Positions 47,622 through 57,652 of a DNA stretch of 64,000 nucleotides are shown here, piece after piece. The DNA lies in the NCBI GenBank assembly GCA_040285825.1, contig JAUPSS010000002.1:124001-188000 (forward strand). The letters run 5' to 3'. This DNA is from Eukaryota sp. TZLM1-RC. Lineage: Eukaryota > Protista > Metamonada: BaSk clade. A model generated the notes under the pieces. It saw only the letters and a list, made by a program, of their open reading frames with translations, searched no databases and was not told the DNA's origin. How positions within the stretch are numbered: position 1 is the stretch's first letter; every line of letters starts with the position of its first letter. The position numbers and the translations under genes were made by a program.

Positions 47622-48092
47622 ATGAGTACCGTCTCTGAAAACATGCCTATCCGTCGCAGCGCTAGAATCGCAAATATTCGCGGCAGAGGCTCCTCACGGG
47701 GCCGTGTAAACAGACAGGTGACGTCACAGACTGCTAGTCTTGTTAACAGACGGGCAAAGGTACGCAGCCGCCGTCAAGAAGGCAATCATGGACTTCCTCA
47801 GTCTGTGAGGGACACACAAGCAGAATTAGAAAAGGCGAGGAAAGAAGCTCTTGCTTCTATCAAGAGAGTTGAAGCTCTTGCGTCACAACTGCGCAAGTCA
47901 GTTGAAAGTTCTACTGTACCTGAAAGTACGCAACCTGCCAGAGGAGGACGTCGCCCTGCCCGTGGACGTCGTATGCCCCGAAAGTCTTCTCGTGTTGTGC
48001 CCCAACGTCGTGTCAGTCGCAAACGAACACAGAATGTCGAAAAAACGACTGAACAGCTCAATGCTGAACTCGCTGCACATATGCAAATTTAA
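47622..48092 (+). CDS. Small Arg-rich, highly basic protein with a central coiled coil (156 aa); possible chromatin or nucleic-acid binding
   Basis: Intact, GC-richer ORF (RRSARIA, RGRGSSRGR, RGGRRPARGRR) followed by AATAAA. No family recognised. Confidence 0.65.
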   Translation: MSTVSENMPIRRSARIANIRGRGSSRGRVNRQVTSQTASLVNRRAKVRSRRQEGNHGLPQSVRDTQAELEKARKEALASIKRVEALASQLRKSVESSTVPESTQPARGGRRPARGRRMPRKSSRVVPQRRVSRKRTQNVEKTTEQLNAELAAHMQI

Positions 48093-48149
48093 TCTACTTA
48101 GTGTACTTGTAATTATCAATAAATAAAACGCCTGTTGTGCCCACTGACC

Positions 48150-48850
48150 AAGATTTTGTTTTAACTTAATAAATTGTCTGTATTTTAAGTCTGTGTTCGA
48201 TGGTTACTCAAACAAATGTACGTTGTTATACTCACAAATTCGAATGCAAAATATTGCGTCTCAATCAGAAGAAATAATATTCAATTACATCATTGTAATG
48301 TCAGATAAAGCGGGCTTCAAAGAATGATTACTCCCAGAAGAAGAGTCATCATGTATTGTAATGACCTCTGTCAGACGAGCTTGTTTCATTGGTGGCTGGT
48401 GAGAAAGCATTTCAAGGGTTTCGAACTTGCTGTACCTTTGTTATTGCTTTTTGCAGTCCAATCCCCACGGACAATTACAATATACTGAGTATTATTTTTG
48501 AAGTTGGCTTTCAATCTGCTGATACAGTTACTTATACTCTTGTGTTTATTAATAATGATATAAAAATGATTACAACTATTGATTTGGTAGCGTGCTGTTG
48601 AGTCATTACTGAAGGTTTTGCTGAACAATGCAACGTGTCAATAAATGGTAAAGAAATTATTCAGCCTTTACCAGCCAATAATTTATCTACAAAGTCGCTT
48701 GGGAATGTTGATATTCTGTCGTTCAACGTAGGAAGCATTGTGCAACAAGTACATTACAGACATACTCTTCCCATAAACCCAGGTTCGAACAAATTACTAA
48801 TGAAACAGACATGTTAAAATCACTTGGGCTTCAGACGGATGATGGTCTCT
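48150..48850 (-). pseudogene. Third, highly decayed Fanzor remnant
   Basis: INKHKSISNCISRLKANF...IVIVRGDW parallels INRTKSEAKMIQRFKSVI...VVIGIGDW of element 2. A possible EPG (~48780) and ICEYN (~48235) lie in the expected order. Confidence 0.45.
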
Positions 48851-49019
48851 TCCTTAAATTAGACAAAGAACACCGCACTTCGTTAAATGCAGGATCAGAT
48901 TTTGAAACCCCCAACATTCGATTGGGAAGTTAGCTAACCAATCAACGAGTCCTTCTGGTTTTGAGGAGCAATTAACAAGATAAGATGTGAAATAAATTTT
49001 GATGATATTGATAAAAATA

Positions 49020-50105
49020 ATATTTATTGAATTTGCACACTTAATTAAATTAACTCATAACTAATGGGACGACTATCATTGAACCAAGATTTCCTCTACA
49101 AAATCTTGATCTGCTTGCTGTCTAGCTAAAGCTTCTCTCATTCGATTGAAAAACCGAGGTAATCTATTAATAATGGCAAATTGAATCCGTGATCGCCATA
49201 AAAAAATATCAAATCTTTCCATTGTTTTTTCTTGAACCATTTTTTGAAAGTCATTCAAAAAAGTTTCTGCTTCATCTGATAATCTTCCATTTATCGAAAA
49301 TGGGAAAGCAATAGAAACCAGGTGTGTATTTCTATCAGCATTAGCCTCTTCAATATCTTTATCATATTTTCTATGTTTTTCGTTTGCTTTAAAAATCAAG
49401 AGCACTCACAGGATTAAGTTTTCTTCTGTGAACCAAAGTATCATTTATTTATGAGACAAAGTCAACAATAGCTTCAGAATTATCAATTCAATCACAGTAT
49501 ACATCACCTCTATCATCAGAACCAAAATTATTCAGAGAAAGTGTTTCCTTCAGCAGAGGCTCTTTGATACACGATATCCTTGCAGTTTGTGCCATATTGA
49601 AAACAGTGTCTCTAACAGCATCATGTAATGAAGAACGATAAGTTATCAATTTAGAGCAATTTAGAGCATGGCGCAAAGTGAGTTGAGGTGAATTCGAACA
49701 AATACATTTTTCTTTTGATAATAATTGGTTAATGGGGATGTTCAAATATAATCTCATTTTTGTTACAAATGCTTCATTAGTGGCACACAATCCAAATCTT
49801 CGTGGTACAATGGTTACAATAAGGGAAGAATCTGATGACTTGTTTTCACAAACACCCTTTTCCAATAACAATGAGTGAAAATCTTGATTTAAAACAGCCG
49901 AGCTGCATATATTATTATAAAGATCTTTTTCATACATTCCAGTCAATCGTCTCTGTAATGTTCGAAGAGTGTACTTCAAATTTAAAACATTCTTTTCTGG
50001 AATATTGCCATTGAATGATTGGGGAAAGCATCGACCCCATTTTTCTGCATCAATTTTTGAAATTTCTTCATTTAATGCAAAAACAGTGGAACTTTCCGTT
50101 GTCAT
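49020..50105 (-). mobile_element. 5'-truncated non-LTR retrotransposon (family C)
   Basis: Near-identical inverted copy of 24805-25890. Confidence 0.88.
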
Positions 50106-51751
50106 ATGGATAATAAATTCAAATTAACGAGTCTACTAAAAATTTTCAGCGATGTTTTTAGTGAAAATCCAAACAAAAGAAACTTGATTGGAGTCTTCTT
50201 ACAATCCCCTTTCGCGATGAAAACGCTTTTGTATACAAACCTGCTAGACGGTTAAATCTAAGCACAATGGGAATAGCTAACAAAATATTCGACGGATTGA
50301 TAGAAATGGGTTACGCAGTTGAATCCAATTATAGATTCAGCTCTGCGATTGTCCTAGTTATTTACCCAGTTGATAGAAAACCTGAATTAACTGGTGACTT
50401 TGTGGCAAAGATGGTGTTAATTACTATACAATTTCAGTCGAACCTAATCTGCCACGGATTAGTGATATCTTAAAATTTCTAAATAGAGCTGACCACATTG
50501 CCACGCTTGATTTACCTAAAGCTTTCTGGCACATAGAGGTAGCTAAAAACGATACTGAAAAAACATCAATTTCAATTCCTGGAAGGTCCATTGTGTTTAA
50601 AAGAGCTTGCTTCGGTTTAAAGAATATCCCAGCAGTATTTCAGAATGTAATGATGGAAATTTTCCAAATAGACGGCGTTTTTATATACATAGATGACAAA
50701 ATAATAGTTGGTACTTCATTTAATGAATTCTACAAAAGACTACAAAGGGTCCTCGAATGCGCCAGGAAAAGACGGATAAATGATGGTTTACGGAAATGCA
50801 AGTTTGAAACAGACAATCACCCCATTGACATATTGGGAAGTACATTTTAAAACAAAAATAGGTTCATCAGCAATAAAAAGATTGAACTTCTAAAGAAAAT
50901 ACCCAGACCAAAAACAGTGAAAGAGGTTTGCTTATTGGTAGGATCAATCAATTACAGTAGAGATTGGCTTCCTGGAATTTCTGAATTAATAGCTCCAATT
51001 AACGGGTTAATTAAAGGAAACCCTAGATTTATCAAATGTACCAGTGAACAAGACGATTATGTGAAACAAATTAAAGATCTAATTATAAACCACATGCCTC
51101 TTGAATTACCAGCCCCGGGTAAGCGAGTATTAATCAGTACTGATGCTTCAGATGTAGCAATAGGAGGAGTAATTTGGCAAGAAGATGAACCCTACTCACC
51201 TACTGGAACCCGTTAAATAAAATAAAAGCGAAACCTTTGTCATTCTATAATAGATAACTTACAGAAACACAGAGAAATGGTCCATTTTACAAAGAAAAAG
51301 ATATGCAATTTTGTTGATCTTAACTGAAAGTGGTTTAGAAAGCTACCTTTTAACTAGACATCCAACAATTTTCACAGATCACACAACCATTGCGTTTCTG
51401 GCTACAGCATTAGAGAAGAATAAAATTGTGAAGAGATGGCTGTCAATACTAGATGAATTCGACTTTGACATAGTCCATGAACCCGGTGAAGCAAGATTTA
51501 CCTATTTTTTCTCTGTGGTTCTCAAAGATAAGATCTGAACAACAAATAGCCAAAAATAATAATGATCCTTTATTTGAAAATGTAATGCTAGATGAAAATT
51601 CTCAAATTTGGAAAAATAACAAAAACACAATATTAATTCCAAAAGGTCTCAGAAAACAGGCAGTGTTATTGATACATGGTGTGATCCAATCTAGTCACCC
51701 CAGTAAAAACGATAGTTTACCCAAACTATCCAAAAGCGATTTCTACTGAGC

Positions 51752-51887
51752 TGATGCCGTCTGTGTCATATGATAACAAAGAATAAGGATAATTTATTAG
51801 AATTTCACCGGCCCTTATCAAGGCCATCACTAGTGAACTATACTATATAAATACAAATGTACTAGACTAATTGTCCAAAGTACAACA
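51752..51887 (-). repeat. 136-bp solo LTR of a related Gypsy family with a 4-bp TSD (GAGC)
   Basis: The reverse strand reads TGTTG...ACGGCATCA, the same termini as the 83-bp LTR. GAGC lies at 51748-51751 and 51888-51891, and the host integrase sequence resumes after it. Confidence 0.8.
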
Positions 51888-51911
51888 GAGCCAAATGAAA
51901 GAATAGACCTT

Positions 51912-52166
51912 GACTAAATATATTTATTAAACTTGCACACTTAACAAAATAAACTCAAAGCTAAAGGAACGAGATTCATTGAACCAAGAATTCATCTTCA
52001 AAATCTTGATCTGCTTGCTGTCTCGCTAAAGCTTCTCTAATTCGATTGAAAAATTGAGGCAATCTATTAATTATAGCAAATTCCTTATAGCGCCATAAAA
52101 GAATATCAAATCTTTTCGTTGTTTTTTCTTTAAACATTTTTTGGAAATCATTCCAAAAAGTTCCTC
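51912..52166 (-). mobile_element. Short 5'-truncated family C LINE insertion with a 14-bp TSD
   Basis: AAAGAATAGACCTT at 51898-51911 and 52167-52180 flanks a family C 3' end. Confidence 0.8.
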
Positions 52167-52429
52167 AAAGAATAGACCTTATTAACCATGTCAAAAGATA
52201 CCCAACATGTCAAAAACAACGGTTCCAGTAAAACGATCATAAACACCTTCCACCGGAAGATTAGACGTCGATGCAATTGGCCCTCTCAACACTGACAACA
52301 AAGGAAATATAAACTTATTAGCATTTGTAGATTCATTTACAATTTTAGTCCCACTAAAGGAATTGTTTTTGCTTTAGAAACCGCAGTTGTTCTAATTGAG
52401 TTCTAACTGGAGTAAGCACACTTGTGATC

Positions 52430-52663
52430 GCACAAGAAAATGGTGGTGATAGACCAGTTTATCTGCAGAGATCCAATGTTGATGGAATTTACAAAAAGAG
52501 GGTATTGAGTGGAGGTTGGTTATAAAATTGTGCTAATGAACATGTTGTGCTGAATTGATTGTGTAATTTTGAATTGGAAAATAATTGCAAATCTTATTAC
52601 AAAATCCCTCTACATCGGTGTAAAAGGACACTTATCTCATTGTTGTAGACAATATCTGTAAGA
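52430..52663 (+). mobile_element. Isolated 3' end of a Fanzor element related to element 2
   Basis: Encodes NGGDRPVYLQR (element 2: NGEDRPVYLQR), followed by the conserved terminal block (58/63 nt identical). Confidence 0.8.
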
Positions 52664-55048
52664 ATGACCAACTATCTTGTATGGAAGGAGGCCTTCAATG
52701 ATCAAGGCAAGGCATACTATTATAACACATCGACTCGTGAATCCCAATGGGATGTTCCTTGTGAATGGAAAGAAGTCTATGACGATGACGGTAAACCTTT
52801 CTACTATAACAGTACAACTATGGAATCTTCCTGGAAAATGCCGCGTGAGTTCATTCAATCTACTGAGACCTCATCTAAATCTTCTCGTACTACATCTAGC
52901 ACATCAAAACCAAAAAAGAAAAAGAAGAAGTCCAAAAAGGAGAGGCCCCCTGTCTCGGATGACGAAGATGGTGCTCACCCCTCTCGAGATTCAGCTACTG
53001 ATAAGATATTCGCTGAGAAGTCGTCTCCCCACCATGAAGACCTTTTATCTCGTCGTTCTTCCACCACCAACCTATCTGATGTCTCCTTCTCTCAATCTTC
53101 TTATACCCAAGGGCCTCGTCAAGTATTGCCTCACCCTGGATCCGGTTACCGTGTTCCCGGCGAGTCCCATCACAATCCTTCCTTTTCCCAGTTCCCCAAT
53201 CAAATGCCCAATCCAATGCCCAATCAAATGCCCAATCCAATGCCAAATCATCCCATGCATGGTCACGTGCCCAGTCACCTTCCTGACCCTTACTCTACAT
53301 TCTACCCTCCCGGCCACCCTGGATTTCCCCACCACCCTGCAATCCTTCACCATCACCCTTCTCAGGTACCGGCTAAACCCCAGTCCCAAACCCAACTTGA
53401 TCTAGGTTCAATTGAAAATGGGATCAATTGTGTCCGTAATGAAGTGAAGGAAGTAACAGAAGTCTGTAAACTTCTTCGTCCAATCTTGACCAACGTTGAC
53501 CCTGCTGATGAGTCGAGTTCACCCCTTGTTCTAGCCCAGAAACTCCAAAAATGGGGCACAGAGGTTGAGAAAATGAAATCTGATGTGAAGGAAAAGAAAG
53601 CCGATAATGCTTTCCTTCGAGAGCGATTGGAGGCTTCTGAAACCAAATGTTCAGAACTGCATCAAGCCAAGGATGAATTACATAGAGAGCTTTTGTTAAC
53701 ACAAGAAGAAGGGAAACGTTCTTTGATTTTAAGCGAAGAGAATTTCAAAAAAGTATCCAAAGAACTTGAAATATTTAAGGAATCTTTCACCCAAAGTAGG
53801 GATAATCTCTCCGCACTTCGGAAGTTACTGGATGAGACAGAAGAGAGGAAGCGTGACCTTGAAACAAAGGTTGATTCTTATGAAAGAAAAATTGGTTCAA
53901 TTGAAAGGGAATATCAAGACAAAATTGAAGAATTGACCAATCAACTTTCAACAGCTAGGGATCATTCTGAGTATTATGAGGGCAAATGCCAGTCATTCGA
54001 AAAGAAATTGAATAAGCTGAAGAAAGAGTCTCAGGAATATATTGCTCATCTCCAGGCCCAGCTTTCAGCCAATGAATCCACAGGATCTTCTGCTCTAGCA
54101 AAAGCAGCTGAAACCATCAAAACCTTGAGAGAAGAAAAAGAGGTGTTGATTGAGGATGTCACCACCGTATTTAAGAGGGTTTTGCAAAAATCTGTTGATA
54201 AGATGGTCTCTACTTTCAAGAAACATGCCAGGGGAAATTCTTTGGTTTTAGATGATGTGATTCAAATTACTTCGAACATTATCAGATCTACTGCATCCAG
54301 TGGTGTGGACAAACTATCTTCTCTTGGTGATGGTGAGGAAATTGAAAGTTCCAGCGAATCAAGTGAGTCTGAGGAAGAGGAAGCCTCTCCAGTGGAAGAT
54401 ACACTTTCCGGTAACGAAGAAGGGGGGCAAGATGAAGATTCTATTGGTGAAACAGTTTATGTTACCGAACCACAACCCTCTTACTTGGAGGAAAATATTC
54501 AAGAACGAGAAGAAAATGCTGGTGAAACTCTTGAAGAAGCTGCTGAGGAGAATGTTGAAGTATATTCTGATGTTGAACATCATTGTGGAGAACCCAATTA
54601 TTCTCAAAGCACTGTTGGTGATTCTGAACCTGATTATAATATTGTTGAAATTCCCGAACCAGAAGAACCCAATTTCGAACAACAAGAAGTTGAAGAAGTT
54701 TCTTCGCCAACTAATCCAATTGGACCTCCTCTTGATCCAAATGATGACTATGTTGTTCCCTTTGCTGGTTTCCCTACTAATGTTGAGCCTCATTATGCAG
54801 AAGTTCCTGAACACCAATCCAGTGACGATTCATTCAGTGAAACAGAATCTGAAGAAGAGGAAATTCCTCAACCACCTGAGCCTTTAGTTGAACAAAATCA
54901 AGTTGAAGACGAAGCTCCTGTTGTTCGTCCTCCTGAAGAGGAATCTGAAGAGGAAGATTACGAACCAGAGGTCAATGAAGAAGAACAAAAGGAAGCTCTC
55001 AGAGCAGCTTTGTTCGAAGGTGATAGCGAGGAGGACTTTGATTTCTAG
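52664..55048 (+). CDS. Tandem WW-domain protein with Pro/His-rich region, coiled coil and acidic tail (794 aa)
   Basis: WKEAF...GKAYYYN...SQWDVP and WKEVY...GKPFYYN...SSWKMP. Confidence 0.85.
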   Translation: MTNYLVWKEAFNDQGKAYYYNTSTRESQWDVPCEWKEVYDDDGKPFYYNSTTMESSWKMPREFIQSTETSSKSSRTTSSTSKPKKKKKKSKKERPPVSDDEDGAHPSRDSATDKIFAEKSSPHHEDLLSRRSSTTNLSDVSFSQSSYTQGPRQVLPHPGSGYRVPGESHHNPSFSQFPNQMPNPMPNQMPNPMPNHPMHGHVPSHLPDPYSTFYPPGHPGFPHHPAILHHHPSQVPAKPQSQTQLDLGSIENGINCVRNEVKEVTEVCKLLRPILTNVDPADESSSPLVLAQKLQKWGTEVEKMKSDVKEKKADNAFLRERLEASETKCSELHQAKDELHRELLLTQEEGKRSLILSEENFKKVSKELEIFKESFTQSRDNLSALRKLLDETEERKRDLETKVDSYERKIGSIEREYQDKIEELTNQLSTARDHSEYYEGKCQSFEKKLNKLKKESQEYIAHLQAQLSANESTGSSALAKAAETIKTLREEKEVLIEDVTTVFKRVLQKSVDKMVSTFKKHARGNSLVLDDVIQITSNIIRSTASSGVDKLSSLGDGEEIESSSESSESEEEEASPVEDTLSGNEEGGQDEDSIGETVYVTEPQPSYLEENIQEREENAGETLEEAAEENVEVYSDVEHHCGEPNYSQSTVGDSEPDYNIVEIPEPEEPNFEQQEVEEVSSPTNPIGPPLDPNDDYVVPFAGFPTNVEPHYAEVPEHQSSDDSFSETESEEEEIPQPPEPLVEQNQVEDEAPVVRPPEEESEEEDYEPEVNEEEQKEALRAALFEGDSEEDFDF

Positions 55049-55135
55049 TTTAACGTGACTTATTTTTTATTTTATTTATTTTGTAAAGATGTAGTAATTA
55101 TTGATCTTTGGTTTTTATTTAACATTTACATTTGA

Positions 55136-57085
55136 CTAATCGGAAGCATAAAGACAATCTTCAAGAGCAACAACTTCAACAAGTAACCTTGCCTCAAGAC
55201 GTCTCTCGTACCCTACTTCCTCAACAATTAGTTTTTCAGCATCGCAATATCTATTATCAACGTCAGAATCATCAACTAAATTTCTTGCTGATAAATACAA
55301 TCGATCAAATTCTGCTGAACCAAGTTCCTTTTCAGCACGTTGCCTGAGTCCCGATAGCTTAACAAGTAAACCATTTTGGGCTTCGTGTACTTGGAATGAA
55401 TCCTGTGCATTGGTATCAACAATATCATCATCTTCATCTTCAGTAACTTGATCATTATCCACAGGATTGAGGGCATCCTTCAGTAGTGACATTCTCACAT
55501 CATCAGCAATGGAATCATCTTCACTAAAGTCACTAAAGACGACATCTTGAAGGGAATTAATCACAGAAATAGACTGTCTAAGTAGGTCATTAGCATGTTC
55601 CTCTACTTCTGAAACCACTGACCCATCTTCATCGGACTTGGAATCTTCGTATTGCAGATGTTCTAACCTTTTGATTTCTTCAAGCTCACGTTCTCTGTTT
55701 CTCCTTCGTTTCTCCTCTTCTTTTGCACGTTCTTCATTGCGAATACGTTCTAGATCTTCTATTGAAGGCTTTCGTGCAATAGATGTACCCGCTCCTCTCT
55801 TCTCTTCATACGGACTTTCCATTCCCATTGCCCAACGATTTCTATTCTGATCTCTTTGCTGTTGCCTGGCTTCCCAAGCCTCATGCATTTCTCTAAGCTT
55901 CTTGTTAAGATCCTCATGTTTTGACCTATTATCCTGAACAATACTCTCCAAATCACCCTCTTCTTTCTCCTTCCTTCTGTCCGGTCTTGGATTTGCTCCA
56001 ACGGGCACCTTGACCTGTCTCATCATCCCTGGCATGGCTCCTGCTGCCCACATAATCTTGTATCTACCATCACCTTTCTTCTCTCCCCCACGATGTCTAC
56101 TTCTTCTTTCATTTACCTGATTTAGGACCTTTTCTGCATCACTCTTATGTCTCCTTGCCTCCTCCAACAGTCTGTCCCTCTTTGTTTTCTCAGTTTTGGG
56201 AGTTGCAGGGGTTCCCACAATACCTAGTTGTTTTTGGTTACTTAAAACTTGGTCAGAACTAGTAGCTAATTGATGCTCAATTCTATTTTTAATAAATGAA
56301 TATTTCAATATCTGTTTAATAGCTGGTCGTTGCTTGGGGTCCTTACACAGCATTTGTTTGATTAAATTTGATAGATCTGAGGAATACTGAAGTGGTATCG
56401 GAGGGTACCTTCCTCTAATGATTTTAAATACCAAGCCATTCATATTTGATGCATCAAAGGCATGTTTCAGAGTAGTCATTTCGTAAAGGACGCAACCCAA
56501 AGACCAAACATCAGACTTTGAATTATAAGGTCTATTATCAAGAATTTCGGGAGACATGTACATTGGAGAACCGACGATACTCTTTGCAACGTCCATCGTT
56601 GCTCCCAGCTGTTTGGCAATCCCAAAGTCCCCGAGCCTAACTGCATTGTTGGCAGTTAAAAATACATTTTGGGTCTTTATATCACGATGTAAGACATGAC
56701 GAGAATGGCAGTGCTGAAGGGCAAGACAAAGCTGGATAAACCAATCTAGAATTTGATCCTCAGCTAAGTGTTTGCCCTTTCTTGCTTTCAGAAACTTATA
56801 AAGATCACCCTTTTGACAATAAGCCATGACAATGCAGAGAGAGTTGGTTTCTTCATGAACAAAAGAGTCAATGAAGCGAACAATGTAAGGATGTTCTAGA
56901 GCACGAAGGAGATTTGCTTCTTTAAGTGTTGCCTCCTTTTCCTTGTCAGAAGGGGCATTGTTGAGCTTTATTTGTTTGAGGATGTAATGTTGATCAGTCT
57001 GAATGTGTTTCACTAGAAGGCATGTACCAAAGCTACCCTTACCTATAGTTTTGACAGTGATGTATGGTCCAATGATGTTGTTCAT
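55136..57085 (-). CDS. NEK: NIMA-related (NEK1-like) Ser/Thr protein kinase
   Basis: GKGSFG, HRDIKTQNVFL, LGDFGIAK, GSPMYMSPE..NRPYN.KSDVWSLGC; coiled-coil tail. Confidence 0.93.
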   Translation of the reverse strand: MNNIIGPYITVKTIGKGSFGTCLLVKHIQTDQHYILKQIKLNNAPSDKEKEATLKEANLLRALEHPYIVRFIDSFVHEETNSLCIVMAYCQKGDLYKFLKARKGKHLAEDQILDWFIQLCLALQHCHSRHVLHRDIKTQNVFLTANNAVRLGDFGIAKQLGATMDVAKSIVGSPMYMSPEILDNRPYNSKSDVWSLGCVLYEMTTLKHAFDASNMNGLVFKIIRGRYPPIPLQYSSDLSNLIKQMLCKDPKQRPAIKQILKYSFIKNRIEHQLATSSDQVLSNQKQLGIVGTPATPKTEKTKRDRLLEEARRHKSDAEKVLNQVNERRSRHRGGEKKGDGRYKIMWAAGAMPGMMRQVKVPVGANPRPDRRKEKEEGDLESIVQDNRSKHEDLNKKLREMHEAWEARQQQRDQNRNRWAMGMESPYEEKRGAGTSIARKPSIEDLERIRNEERAKEEEKRRRNRERELEEIKRLEHLQYEDSKSDEDGSVVSEVEEHANDLLRQSISVINSLQDVVFSDFSEDDSIADDVRMSLLKDALNPVDNDQVTEDEDDDIVDTNAQDSFQVHEAQNGLLVKLSGLRQRAEKELGSAEFDRLYLSARNLVDDSDVDNRYCDAEKLIVEEVGYERRLEARLLVEVVALEDCLYASD

Positions 57086-57114
57086 TGCCGAAAGAATTTT
57101 CCAATTTTACCCAA

Positions 57115-57501
57115 ATGCTTCCACAAGAAAACTCAATAGTGTTTGCACAAGTTGTACGTGTTTCAAGACGTGCTGCTCGTTTAGTTATTCTTGGTTCGGA
57201 AGTTGGTTCCTTTCCAGACCGTTTTCCTGCTATACTGCGACAAACAGATGTTCGATCTTTCAACCCTGATGCTGTGGATATGTATGCCTCCTTTAAACCA
57301 CAAGACATTGTCAGAGCACGAGTAATTTCTTTAGGAGACATGTCAAACTTTTATCTATCCACAGCTAGTGATGATCTTGGCGTTTGTTTTGCATTCTCCA
57401 AGGACGGACATGTCCTTGTCCCAGTCAATTGGGAGGAGATGCAGTGTAGTGGTACTAAAAAGATTGAATTGAGAAAGGTTGCCAAGCCTGTTCTAGAATA
57501 G
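57115..57501 (+). CDS. CSL4: Exosome cap subunit Csl4 (S1 + zinc-ribbon-like region), lacking the N-terminal domain
   Basis: ILRQTDVR, SFKPQDIVRARVISLGD..FYLSTASDDLGV, PVNWEEMQC...ELRKVAKP. First ATG at 57115. Confidence 0.88.
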   Translation: MLPQENSIVFAQVVRVSRRAARLVILGSEVGSFPDRFPAILRQTDVRSFNPDAVDMYASFKPQDIVRARVISLGDMSNFYLSTASDDLGVCFAFSKDGHVLVPVNWEEMQCSGTKKIELRKVAKPVLE

Positions 57502-57652
57502 GTTTGGTTGCTCATTGTTGGGTGTAGTTGTGGTTTATTCAATTATTTTTTGCTTTGTTCTACTGCTTATATGAGTTGTAACAATTCTATATTTTAAAAA
57601 AGAAACAAATTACAGGGCACTGATTTTAATAAATAAACAAGAATTTCAAGAA

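Larger units (their letters stand above)
50130..52395 (+). mobile_element. Decayed Gypsy pol (RT, RNase H, start of integrase) interrupted by nested insertions
   Basis: LDLPKAFW, FGLKNIPAVFQ, YIDD and TDASD; homologous to 1-1310. Confidence 0.88.

Noticed and set aside
53190-53250. Short tandem repeat CCCAATCAAATG/CCCAATCCAATG
   Set aside because: Coding low-complexity repeat (PNQMPNPM) in the WW protein; not a CRISPR-like array.
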